Assembly (NCBI GenBank): GCA_902797855.1
Contig: CADBUI010000026.1
Location: 1,626-65,625 of the forward strand
Source: an uncultured Erysipelotrichaceae bacterium
Lineage (GTDB): Bacteria > Bacillota_I > Bacilli_A > RFN20 > CAG-826
Reading direction: 5' to 3'
Length of the DNA: 64,000 nucleotides
Shown: positions 1 through 8,992 of the stretch, piece by piece
Position numbering within the stretch: position 1 is the first letter of the stretch
Layout of the letters: each line of letters opens with the position of its first letter
Notes under the pieces: model-generated
Told to the model about the DNA's origin: nothing
The model's input: only the letters and a program-made list of their open reading frames with translations
Database searches by the model: none
Position numbers and translations under genes: made by a program

Positions 1-1260
1 AAGTTCGCTATAAGCGTTTCCATATTCCATTCCACCGATAAATAATTCAAATCTATCTGTGAAAAGTGGATTATCTTTCATCTTTTTGGTTAATGGAGAA
101 ACTTCAATTGGATAGGAGTGAACGAATGTTGGTTCTTGTAGATATGGATCACATTTTTGATCAAAGAAGGCATTGATAATATGACCAACTGTGTTCATAT
201 GTTTTTCAATGACCACTCCATGTTTCTTTGCTAAAGCAAGAGCGTCTTCATAAGACATAGATTTAGAGAAATCAACACCAGTTGCTTCTTTGACAACTTC
301 CACCATTGACTTCCAACCAAATGGTTTACCTAAATCAAGAGTTTTATCTCCATAAGGAATATTTGTTGTGCCACAAACTTTTAAAGCAACTTCTCTAAAG
401 AGATTTTCACATAAATGTCTCATATCTTGGAGATCACCATACGCTTGATAAAGTTCAATTGTGGTGAATTCTGGATTATGTTTTGTATCCATTCCTTCGT
501 TACGGAAGAGACGTCCAATTTCATAGACTCTTTCAAGACCACCAACAATGAGTTTCTTTAAAGAAATCTCAGTCGCGATTCTTAAATAGAAATCTTTATT
601 TAAGGCGTTATGATGAGTGATAAATGGTCTAGCAGAGGCACCACCTAAAATTGGAGAAAGAACACTAGTTTCAACTTCCGTAAAACCTTGTGAATCACAA
701 TAGTTTTGGATAGCGCGAATAACTTTTGGTCTAGCAAGTGCAATCTTTCTAGCTTCATCATTCATGATTAAATCAACATAACGATGGCGATATCTTTCTT
801 CAACATCAGTTAAACCATGGAATTTTTCTGGAAGTGGACGAAGTGATTTTGTTAAATGAGTGTACTTTTCACATCTAACAGTCATTTCTCCAGTGCGTGT
901 TCTCATAACACGTCCATAAACTCCAACGATATCTCCGATATCCGCAAGTTTAAAGATGTTATATGCTTCTTCTCCAACGACATCAATTCCAATGTAAACT
1001 TGCATTGAACCAGTCACATCTTTAATGTTCATAAATGAAGCTTTTCCCATACGTCTAAGTGACATAATGCGTCCTGCAAGTGTCACATAAACATGGTTTG
1101 CTTCAAGTTCTTCGTCAGTTTTTGAATCACATTTTTCATGAACTGATTTTGCAGTATCAGTTCTTTCGAACTTTTGACCATAAGGGTCAACACCAAGTTC
1201 TTGATATTTTGCTAATTTAGCACGTCTAGCTAATTCTTGATCAGTAAGTTTTTCTTCCAT
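1..1260 (-). CDS. lysS: Lysyl-tRNA synthetase (class II), N-terminal part; the gene runs off the window start
   Basis: Reverse translation from the ATG at 1260 gives MEEKLTDQELARRAKLAKYQELGVDPYGQKFERTD...VTLAGRIMSLRRMGKASFMNIKD, a typical LysS N-terminus and OB-fold. The frame stays open to position 1. It is missing from the ORF track because it is truncated. Confidence 0.9.
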   Translation of the reverse strand, partial: MEEKLTDQELARRAKLAKYQELGVDPYGQKFERTDTAKSVHEKCDSKTDEELEANHVYVTLAGRIMSLRRMGKASFMNIKDVTGSMQVYIGIDVVGEEAYNIFKLADIGDIVGVYGRVMRTRTGEMTVRCEKYTHLTKSLRPLPEKFHGLTDVEERYRHRYVDLIMNDEARKIALARPKVIRAIQNYCDSQGFTEVETSVLSPILGGASARPFITHHNALNKDFYLRIATEISLKKLIVGGLERVYEIGRLFRNEGMDTKHNPEFTTIELYQAYGDLQDMRHLCENLFREVALKVCGTTNIPYGDKTLDLGKPFGWKSMVEVVKEATGVDFSKSMSYEDALALAKKHGVVIEKHMNTVGHIINAFFDQKCDPYLQEPTFVHSYPIEVSPLTKKMKDNPLFTDRFELFIGGMEYGNAYSEL

Positions 1261-1321
1261 AGGTAAACCTCGCCACATAAGTATAACATAATCCCGTTGC
1301 TATACAACGGAATAATATTTA

Positions 1322-2302
1322 TCAGTTAATTAGGTTATGATTTTTGAGAATTGTTAGCAAATCATCCCTAGTATTTATTGTTTGAGCAATCTCGTTTTTA
1401 AGTTGTTTGCTACCTGGATAATTGGAGAAAAATTTAGGAGCAATTCCTCTTAGATTTTTCATCGCTCGATATTCACCTTTTTCTTCGATTAACATATCCA
1501 TGAATTTGATGAGATTTTGAGCGTTTTCTTCTATAGAAGGTTCTTTAATTCTTTCACCAGTCTTATAGTAGGTATCTATCTGTTTAATTAAGTTAGGATT
1601 ACCTACTCCTCCACGAGCCACCATCACCCCATCAGCGTGAGTGATTTCTAGTGCTCTAATCGCATCATCTAAAGTAAATATATTTCCTGAGATTACTAGA
1701 GGAACTTTCATCTCATCTCTTAGATTTCTAAGAATTTCAAAATTGGGTTCTCCAGCATACATTTGTTTTGCGCTTCTAGCGTGGATTGCAATCATCGCTA
1801 CTCCAGCTTCTTCAAGGGCTTTAATATTTTCTTTAAAGTTAAGATGTTTATCATCCCAGCCAAGTCTAATTTTTGCGGTCACAGGCTTAGGTGAAAACTT
1901 CACGATTTTGCTCATGAATTCACGTAATTTTTCTGTGTCTTTAAGCATGGCAGAACCACTTCCACCATTCGTAACTTTATGAACTGGACAACCTAAGTTA
2001 ATATCAAAAAAATCAAACTTCGCTCCACTATCGATAATTATCTGCATAGCTTTAATAATTACATCTGCTTCATGCCCAAATAATTGGACTCCAACAGGAT
2101 TATCAATATCGCTCGTTTTGATATAGTCAAAAGTATGCTCATTTCCATAGACCAAACCATAATCAGAAACCATCTCTGTGACGGACACTCCAACACCAAA
2201 TGGTTTCATGAATTCGCGGTAGGCTAAAGAGGTAATCCCTGCCATAGGAGCAAGGACAACGCGTGATTGAATTTTTAGATTTTTAATGTTCCACATTCTC
2301 AT
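1322..2302 (-). CDS. dus: tRNA-dihydrouridine synthase
   Basis: VVLAPMAGITSLAYREF..., DINLGCPV and a TIM-barrel Dus pattern. It lies directly upstream of lysS, as dusB(yacF)-lysS does in Bacillus. Confidence 0.85.
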   Translation of the reverse strand: MRMWNIKNLKIQSRVVLAPMAGITSLAYREFMKPFGVGVSVTEMVSDYGLVYGNEHTFDYIKTSDIDNPVGVQLFGHEADVIIKAMQIIIDSGAKFDFFDINLGCPVHKVTNGGSGSAMLKDTEKLREFMSKIVKFSPKPVTAKIRLGWDDKHLNFKENIKALEEAGVAMIAIHARSAKQMYAGEPNFEILRNLRDEMKVPLVISGNIFTLDDAIRALEITHADGVMVARGGVGNPNLIKQIDTYYKTGERIKEPSIEENAQNLIKFMDMLIEEKGEYRAMKNLRGIAPKFFSNYPGSKQLKNEIAQTINTRDDLLTILKNHNLIN

Positions 2303-2347
2303 TAATTCGACTCGATCTCGAATTGCCGAAAATATGATAAATGCTTG

Positions 2348-2566
2348 CTAATTACCAGTCAACTTGTATATGTCTAAAAACCTATCATAAACAAGTTCAT
2401 AAGGTAAATTAAAATTATATATAAAAGCTTTTATTTCTTGAATATATCTCCAAAAAGTTAATTCTGTAATTTGAAGTTCTTCCATAACATCGCTTTTTTT
2501 AATTTGACGCTGATTAATAAGCATATTGAAAATATAAAGAAGTCCTTGTCCTTTATAGACTTTCAT
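2348..2566 (-). CDS. Small stand-alone HTH protein (HTH_11/DeoR-N-like); I prefer the shorter start
   Basis: An internal ATG at 2566 is preceded by AAGGAGAG about 8 nt upstream. The sequence LLYIFNMLINQRQIKKSDVMEELQITELTFWRYIQEIK looks like a winged-helix HTH. The ORF-track start at 2626 has no SD. Confidence 0.5.
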   Translation of the reverse strand: MKVYKGQGLLYIFNMLINQRQIKKSDVMEELQITELTFWRYIQEIKAFIYNFNLPYELVYDRFLDIYKLTGN

Positions 2567-2762
2567 CTTGTGGTCTCTCCTTAAATGAAGAGGTGCACCT
2601 AATTTGTCGACATCTTTATTATTCATTATTTGGTAAAGAACTCATTTAAAATAAAACGAATATTTTTAAAGTTTTTGATATTTTTGCCTTTAAACAAGTA
2701 ATATTTGAAATTGCCAACGCAAATTCGTTCTTCTGTAAAAAGAGATTTGTTGTTAAAAAGTC

Positions 2763-3746
2763 TTACAAAAGTTCTTTTTTCTTTTGTTCAAATTCTTCTT
2801 CGGTGATAATGCCCGAATCGAGTAAATCCTTGTATTTTTTAATTTCAGCGAATTTATCAATTTTTTCTTCTTTTTGAACTGGGTTTGTTTCAACTTGTTC
2901 TTCGATTTCTTTTGGTTTGCCTTTGCCAATGATGATATCTAAAATTGTTATTACTTCTTCCGCCAATTGGACTGTATCGATTGGCATATAATAAGAAGCT
3001 CTATTTATATCGTTAACTTTAATGAGCAAAGTATAATGATGAATTTCTTTTTGTGATGATTTAGTCTTTTGACTTGCAGCCATTCCGCCTGCCATCATAC
3101 CTGCGCCACCAGTGTCGAATAAGGCGTGGCCAATTGCGCCCAAAGCAATGGATTTGCCCATACCTTTTTTGGTTGCGGATGTAATAACAACTTCATTATC
3201 CACTCTAAGTTCATAATCAAGAACTTCGCTTTTAGAATAAATTTTTGAATATCTTCTTTCAGAGAAAATTTGAAGTTTGTTATCGTCCCCATTAAAAATA
3301 ATTCTCACTAATGGTTTTCTAGATAATTGAATGATTCTGCCATTTAAAATTCCTGGTTGACCAATTCCTGCCATTTGTGCATTAGGAATGACGAGTTGTC
3401 TTTGATAATATCTTGTACCGAATCTAATTGGATCGCGCTTTTTAAATGATGTTAGAAAGAAAATTAATCCAAGAACAAATAGGATTCCACCAATAACTAT
3501 CAAGCCGACACCGCCCGAAGTAGGTAAATTAAATATCCCAATAGGTAAAAATGTTAATCCAGCACTTAAAAACGCAGCGCCGGTCCAACGAAGTTTGTTA
3601 GTTTTTCTACTCGCTAGCCTTTTGCCAACCTCTTCAACTTCGGCTTTTTTAAATTTTGTGGTTCCAATAAGTATTTCTTCGTCAAAAATTGCTTCATTAG
3701 AAACCTTTTCATTAGAAATTACTTCTTCAGAAACTTTGTTTTCCAT
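2763..3746 (-). CDS. Membrane protein with two TM helices, an unknown central domain and a C-terminal SHOCT domain
   Basis: The hydrophobic pair is AAFLSAGLTFLPIGIF / GVGLIVIGGILFVLGLIFFL. The C-terminus KFAEIKKYKDLLDSGIITEEEFEQKKKELL matches the SHOCT consensus. The SD AAGGTGGA precedes the ATG. Confidence 0.6.
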   Translation of the reverse strand: MENKVSEEVISNEKVSNEAIFDEEILIGTTKFKKAEVEEVGKRLASRKTNKLRWTGAAFLSAGLTFLPIGIFNLPTSGGVGLIVIGGILFVLGLIFFLTSFKKRDPIRFGTRYYQRQLVIPNAQMAGIGQPGILNGRIIQLSRKPLVRIIFNGDDNKLQIFSERRYSKIYSKSEVLDYELRVDNEVVITSATKKGMGKSIALGAIGHALFDTGGAGMMAGGMAASQKTKSSQKEIHHYTLLIKVNDINRASYYMPIDTVQLAEEVITILDIIIGKGKPKEIEEQVETNPVQKEEKIDKFAEIKKYKDLLDSGIITEEEFEQKKKELL

Positions 3747-3810
3747 ATAATATCCACCTTTGTATCATTTGATGTTTTACACATCACTGTCTAGTAGCAA
3801 ATATATAAAG

Positions 3811-3832
3811 AAAAACTATCATTCATTGATAG
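3811..3832 (-). terminator. Weak rho-independent terminator after the XRE-membrane gene
   Basis: CTATCA(3816..3821)/TGATAG(3827..3832) forms a 6-bp stem. It is followed on the minus strand by TTTTT (A-run 3811..3815 on the plus strand). Confidence 0.4.
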
Positions 3833-3859
3833 TCTTCTAACTTTTATAAAACTTATATT

Positions 3860-5281
3860 TTATTTTGCGATTCTAATCATTGGACAGACAGCAATGCCGT
3901 AAATTGAATCAACATAGTAAATATTTACAATTCCCCCAGTATGGTCAACAATGTACGATTTAGTGCTCTCATTAGGATTTGGAGTCCTTGTCCAATATTG
4001 TCCGGAGTAATCTGAATATGCGTTTGCTTTTATTCGAACATATTCACTTGTCAGTTTTTTTCTATTTTCTCTTTTGATATCTGCATCGGGATCATATCCA
4101 CTTATATATCCAAGACCAACACGACTGGGTGCAAATACTCTGTCGGAAGTATTTTCACATGTGTAATGATTGACGCTATCACCTGTACTTGCCAAAGAAT
4201 TATCAACATCACTTACCAAAGGTAAATCAACACCATAAAATGCTTTATTACAAAAATCATTGTTTAAAAACTGTCTTAATTCAGATGATACATAATTGTT
4301 AGATTTTCCTTCGCCACTTGAATACAACGAAGCGTCTAAAATCAAATCAGAAAATAATGTATAAGATGTTTCATCTTCGCCTACAACTTTCCATTTAATT
4401 GGATCAACTTTAAACCAATATTCAGTGCCATCAATAATTGCAGAGTTATCATTAAAATAACAACCTCCATCAATTCTCGAAGATTCTTCCACTAAATGAG
4501 ATGTCTCTTTAAGATAATATTCTCCTTCATATTCGTAGTAACCGGCACTATTAGGTGTTGTTAATAAGTTTAATTGATTAATACGAGAAATATCGGATAC
4601 ATGTGATTGAGGATACATTCCATAATTCACGAAATTACCTAAATCATAAGGATCATTTTGAGGTGGTTCATTACCCGAAGGTGTTGGCGTTTCTGTTGCA
4701 ACATTCTTGTCTCCATTAATTTTGTTTTGTTTATTATTTGAAATAACCACCCCTGCTGTAATTCCTCCGACAGTTATTGTTACGACAATAGGAATGAAAA
4801 TTGGAAGAAAAATTTTCTTTTTCTTTTTTTCATCTGTTTTCTTAATCGATATAGCGAAATATAGTTCATCAACACTTTTATGATAGAAATTACAAAGAGA
4901 TATAAATTGATTTAATGTTGGGAACGACATTCCTTTTTCAAATCTAATGATGGAAATTACATTTGTATTAATCGCTCTTGCTAAAGATGTTTGGGTTATT
5001 TTTCTCTTTTTTCTTAATATGCAAAGATTATTTGAAAAACGCTCAACATCAAAGATATATGTGTCACAGTTAGAATTATCTTTCTTATCTTTGTCAAAAA
5101 GAAAACTCTCTAAATCAATTTTTAAAAGCGATGCATATTTACCCCATATAGGTAGACTCGGGGTACTTTTACCGTTTTCCCACAATGATATTGTTTGGGT
5201 TGAATATCCCAAGACATCCGCGATAGAAGCTTGAGATAAACCAATATCAATTCTTTTTTGTATAAGAAAAGTGCTTTTCAT
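3860..5281 (-). CDS. Membrane-anchored transcription factor with two N-terminal XRE-type HTH domains, one TM helix and a roughly 290-aa extracytoplasmic domain
   Basis: There are two HTH_3-like units (LSQASIADVLGYSTQTISLWENGKSTP; ITQTSLARAINTNVISIIRFEKGMSFP). A K-rich stop-transfer and the TM helix IFLPIFIPIVVTITVGGITAGVVI follow. The C-terminal domain ends with a YWTRTP motif that reminds me of DUF6273-type domains; that is recollection, not verified. Confidence 0.65.
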   Translation of the reverse strand: MKSTFLIQKRIDIGLSQASIADVLGYSTQTISLWENGKSTPSLPIWGKYASLLKIDLESFLFDKDKKDNSNCDTYIFDVERFSNNLCILRKKRKITQTSLARAINTNVISIIRFEKGMSFPTLNQFISLCNFYHKSVDELYFAISIKKTDEKKKKKIFLPIFIPIVVTITVGGITAGVVISNNKQNKINGDKNVATETPTPSGNEPPQNDPYDLGNFVNYGMYPQSHVSDISRINQLNLLTTPNSAGYYEYEGEYYLKETSHLVEESSRIDGGCYFNDNSAIIDGTEYWFKVDPIKWKVVGEDETSYTLFSDLILDASLYSSGEGKSNNYVSSELRQFLNNDFCNKAFYGVDLPLVSDVDNSLASTGDSVNHYTCENTSDRVFAPSRVGLGYISGYDPDADIKRENRKKLTSEYVRIKANAYSDYSGQYWTRTPNPNESTKSYIVDHTGGIVNIYYVDSIYGIAVCPMIRIAK

Positions 5282-5312
5282 TTCATAATTATTCTAAACA
5301 AAATGTGCGCAT

Positions 5313-5335
5313 GAAAAAAGGGAGGTTACCCTCCC
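5313..5335 (-). terminator. Rho-independent terminator of ftsH
   Basis: GGGAGG(5320..5325)-TTAC-CCTCCC(5330..5335) is followed on the minus strand by TTTTTT (A-run 5314..5319). Confidence 0.8.
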
Positions 5336-5340
5336 AAATT

Positions 5341-7389
5341 TTATTCCGCTTTTTCTTCAACTGGTTTTTCTATAGCGTTTTCTTCTTTCACTTCTTTAAC
5401 TTCAGGAGCTTTAACTTCTGGAAGTTTACGATGTTCAAGGAGATAAGAAATTTCTTCAGCGGTAATTGTTTCTTTATCAAGAAGAGTTTCAGCAATTAAG
5501 ATAACATCATCTTTGTTTTCTTTAATTATCTTTAATGCTAATTTGTGAGCTTCATCGATAATCTTTCTAACTTCGGTATCGATTTCAAAAGCAATTTGAG
5601 TTGAGAAATTCTTTTGAGTTGAAGTGTAATCTCTTCCAAGGAAGACAGAACCTGTATCTCTTTCATATTGGATAGGTCCAAGTGAAGACATACCATATTC
5701 AGTTACCATAAGACGAGCAATTCTTGTTGCAACTTCAATATCGTTAGACGCTCCAGTGGAGACATCTTTGAAGAATACTTCTTCAGAGGAACGACCACCT
5801 AAATAGCCAACAATTCGAGCTTCAAGTTCAGTTTTAGTAAGAAGGAATCTATCATCTTCAGGTGTCATTAAGACATGACCACCAGTTCTTCCGCGAGGGA
5901 TGATAGTGATTTTTTGAACTTTATCAGAGTGTTCAAGTTTAAGTCCAATAATTGCGTGACCAGCTTCGTGGTATGCAACTTGTTTTCTTTCTTTTTCACT
6001 TAAACCTTTGCTTGATTTAGCTGGACCAGCAATTCTACGATCGATAGCTTCGTCGATATCTTGCATTGTGATTGCAGATTTATTTCCTCTAACTGCTAAG
6101 ATAGCAGCTTCGTTTAAGATATTTTCAATATCTGCACCAGAGAAACCGACTGTGCGTTTAGCAAGTGCAGCAAAATCAACATCTGGTGCAAGAGTTTTGT
6201 TTCTAGCGTGAACTTTAAAGATAGCTTCACGTCCCGCTTTATCAGGAAGGGAAACAGTAATTGTTCTATCAAAACGTCCTGCTCTTAGAAGGGCTGGATC
6301 AAGAACATCATCACGGTTAGTAGCGGCAATAACAATGATTCCTGAATTATCTTCGAAACCATCCATTTCAACTAATAGTTGGTTAAGTGTTTGTTCACGT
6401 TCATCGTTTCCACCACCTAAACCGGCACCTCTTTGACGACCGACAGCGTCGATTTCATCGATGAAGATTAAACAAGGGGCAGCTTGTTTAGCTTTTCTAA
6501 ACATGTCTCTAACACGTCCTGCACCAACACCGACAAACATTTCGACAAAGTCACTACCAGAGATTGAGAAGAATGGAACTCCTGCTTCTCCAGCAACGGC
6601 TTTGGCAAGTAATGTTTTACCAGTACCTGGATTACCAACTAAAAGGATACCTTTTGGAAGCTTCGCACCAAATTTAGCGAACTTCTTAGGGTCTTTTAAG
6701 TATTCAACAACTTCTTGCATTTCAGCTTTTTCTTCATCGCAACCAGCGACATCGGAGAATCTAACTTTAGAGTTTTCAACTCTTCTAGCGCGGCTCTTAT
6801 TGAAGTCTAGAGCTTTGTTATTTTCCCTACCTACTGAACCAGCAAGTCTAGAGAATAAGAAGATTGCAATTAGGATAGTTACACCAGAAATAATGATGGT
6901 TGGTCCCCATGTTTCAAACCAGTTGGTTTCAAATGCGAAATGATCAGCCATATAGGCATTCTTATCGCTTGCGATATTAGCGTTACCAACTCTATCAATA
7001 TAAGATTTGATGCTAGTTTTAAATAAATCGCAGTAGTTACCATCATTAACACCATCACCATTTAAGTCATAACCCATATCAGAGTTCCAATATGGTTTAT
7101 CAACTGTAACAGTATAGGCGAATTGTTTACTTGTATCAGCAGGATTAGCTTCAGTTTTCGCAACTGCTCTACCAGAAACGGTGACACAGGTGTCTTTGTT
7201 ATAAACATTTGCGGTTATAACATAGTTATTCTGAAGTTGATCATAAAGTGTATTTGAGTGCCATTCAGTAACATTTGATGTATTTTGAGAAACAATGAGC
7301 CAAACAAAAAGTCCCATTGCGGCAGCAATTAAAAGATATGGAATGATCATTCCAAGTATACTTCGGCGTGGTCTTTGTTCATTTTCCAT
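5341..7389 (-). CDS. ftsH: ATP-dependent zinc metalloprotease FtsH
   Basis: Walker A GNPGTGKT, Walker [10 protein letters not shown], the SRH, and the zinc motif HEAGHAI are all present. There are two TM helices flanking a long extracytoplasmic segment. Confidence 0.95.
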   Translation of the reverse strand: MENEQRPRRSILGMIIPYLLIAAAMGLFVWLIVSQNTSNVTEWHSNTLYDQLQNNYVITANVYNKDTCVTVSGRAVAKTEANPADTSKQFAYTVTVDKPYWNSDMGYDLNGDGVNDGNYCDLFKTSIKSYIDRVGNANIASDKNAYMADHFAFETNWFETWGPTIIISGVTILIAIFLFSRLAGSVGRENNKALDFNKSRARRVENSKVRFSDVAGCDEEKAEMQEVVEYLKDPKKFAKFGAKLPKGILLVGNPGTGKTLLAKAVAGEAGVPFFSISGSDFVEMFVGVGAGRVRDMFRKAKQAAPCLIFIDEIDAVGRQRGAGLGGGNDEREQTLNQLLVEMDGFEDNSGIIVIAATNRDDVLDPALLRAGRFDRTITVSLPDKAGREAIFKVHARNKTLAPDVDFAALAKRTVGFSGADIENILNEAAILAVRGNKSAITMQDIDEAIDRRIAGPAKSSKGLSEKERKQVAYHEAGHAIIGLKLEHSDKVQKITIIPRGRTGGHVLMTPEDDRFLLTKTELEARIVGYLGGRSSEEVFFKDVSTGASNDIEVATRIARLMVTEYGMSSLGPIQYERDTGSVFLGRDYTSTQKNFSTQIAFEIDTEVRKIIDEAHKLALKIIKENKDDVILIAETLLDKETITAEEISYLLEHRKLPEVKAPEVKEVKEENAIEKPVEEKAE

Positions 7390-7509
7390 AGGTATAGCCT
7401 CCTAAAGTAATTAGCGTTTTGAATTAGCGAGTAATCGTAAAGTAATTATAAAGATTACTTTGAACAAATGGTAGCAAAACGCAATAAATTGTAATTAATA
7501 ATTAATGTG

Positions 7510-8745
7510 TTATGAAATTTTTATAACAAATTTCGAGTCGTGATTATCTACATAATTCTTACGATAACGTGGAATGTATATGATTTTTCCAGTTCGATCA
7601 ACGATAACCGGCCAGGACTTTCTAAGTCTAGATGGCATCTTCCAATCTATAAATAGACGCTTAACAGAACATAGGTTAGGTCCAACTTGATAATTATCTC
7701 CATCTTTCGCACTTCTAATCGTTAATGGATAAGAGCTTGGATAGATATTTCTATCGCTCGCTCCAGCGGAGAAATCTAAATCGAACTGTGGACACGAAAA
7801 TGATGATGGTTCCGCAATCCTATATGAATATGAATCAGGTTCAATAGAAGAAGCTATAATAAGAACATCATACTCTTTGAGTAAATAAACGTTATCAGCG
7901 AGTTTTAATGTGACATTTGGTTTATCGCATAGACAGATTTTTCTAATCTCAGAAATGTAGCCATCTGATAAATCAACATGAGTGTCAAGAGTGTTTACAA
8001 ATTTAATCAAAACTTCTTTAAATTCTCTCTTATTTAAAGCGATGATTGTGCGAATATCTAACGATGAATCTATTGTTACTTTTTGTTTGAGTTCTTCTTC
8101 AAAATCTTCTTGTTCTCGATTCATTTTTTGAATCTCTTGAATGAAGTGTTCTCTATCCATTGTTGAAAGTTTATCGATAATATCATGTCTAATTTGGTTT
8201 CTTGTATAATCGTTTGAAAGATTTGAACTATCAATAGCATAAGGAACTTGATTTTCTCTATCGTAGAAAGCAAGTTCTCCTTTTGTGTATTTTAAAAGTG
8301 GTCTGATTATAGTCATTCCTCTCATTTGAGAGACTTCTTTTAGGCCATATTCTTCTACTCTACCTCCACGACGAGTTTGCATAATATATGTTTCAATTAA
8401 GTCGTCTTGTTGATGACCAATAAAAACACCTTTAGCATTATATTTTGCATACATTTGAGCAAAGAACATATAGCGAATTTCTCTCGCCCATTCTTGGAAG
8501 TTACCTTCTTTTTTAATTGTTCTAGCATCAAGGACTTCAAAAGGAACATTATGTTCTTCACAATATTTTCGTAGATTATTTTCTTCGTTATCACTATCTA
8601 TTCCACGTTTATGATAGTTAACATGGCAACACACAATCTTCGCGTTCTGTTTTAAAAGCATATCGAAAAGGGCCATTGAATCAGGGCCAAAAGAACATGC
8701 TAATAAATATGTTTCATTTTTATCAAATTTATAATTGAATAACAT
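7510..8745 (-). CDS. tilS: tRNA(Ile)-lysidine synthase
   Basis: It has an N-terminal PP-loop ATPase fold (variant motif SFGPDS) and the TilS C-terminal pattern WPVIVDRTGKIIYIPRYR. Its position upstream of ftsH matches Bacillus. Confidence 0.8.
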   Translation of the reverse strand: MLFNYKFDKNETYLLACSFGPDSMALFDMLLKQNAKIVCCHVNYHKRGIDSDNEENNLRKYCEEHNVPFEVLDARTIKKEGNFQEWAREIRYMFFAQMYAKYNAKGVFIGHQQDDLIETYIMQTRRGGRVEEYGLKEVSQMRGMTIIRPLLKYTKGELAFYDRENQVPYAIDSSNLSNDYTRNQIRHDIIDKLSTMDREHFIQEIQKMNREQEDFEEELKQKVTIDSSLDIRTIIALNKREFKEVLIKFVNTLDTHVDLSDGYISEIRKICLCDKPNVTLKLADNVYLLKEYDVLIIASSIEPDSYSYRIAEPSSFSCPQFDLDFSAGASDRNIYPSSYPLTIRSAKDGDNYQVGPNLCSVKRLFIDWKMPSRLRKSWPVIVDRTGKIIYIPRYRKNYVDNHDSKFVIKIS

Positions 8746-8746
8746 T

Positions 8747-8992
8747 TTATTTTTCCTCCTTTTGGTACATTGTTTTGGCTTTTTCTTCAGTCGCGCTTTC
8801 GAATATATTTATTATTTTATAATAACTAGTCTCATTTTTAAAAGCGATTTCTAAAGTATCATCAATATTGACTAGTGAACTTGCTTTCGCGATCTTTCCA
8901 TTAAGTTTTACTAGTCCTCTATCAATGTATTCTTTCGCGATGACTCTACGCTTAATAATGCGAGATACTTTTAAATATTTATCCAGTCTCAT
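8747..8992 (-). CDS. S4-domain RNA-binding protein (YabO/Hsp15-like)
   Basis: [33 protein letters not shown] is a canonical S4 motif. It has a 4-nt overlap with the mfd stop. Confidence 0.7.
   Translation of the reverse strand: MRLDKYLKVSRIIKRRVIAKEYIDRGLVKLNGKIAKASSLVNIDDTLEIAFKNETSYYKIINIFESATEEKAKTMYQKEEK

Noticed and set aside
1294-1310. A CCGTTG-CTATA-CAACGG hairpin between dus and lysS.
   Set aside because: It is a 6-bp stem with no T-run on the transcribed (minus) strand. It could be a minor structural element, but the evidence does not support calling it a terminator or attenuator.
3095-3292. Small same-strand or opposite-strand ORFs nested in longer genes (for example 3095..3292, 4947..5234, 6461..6943, 10300..10838 and 24029..24358).
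   Set aside because: All are fully contained within well-supported longer CDSs, lack ribosome-binding sites, and translate to low-complexity sequences.
7405-7470. In the ftsH leader, a direct repeat AATTAGCG-N5-AATTAGCG and the inverted repeat AAAGTAAT/ATTACTTT.
   Set aside because: These are short AT-rich repeats that are expected by chance at this base composition. No associated regulator or conserved motif is recognisable.
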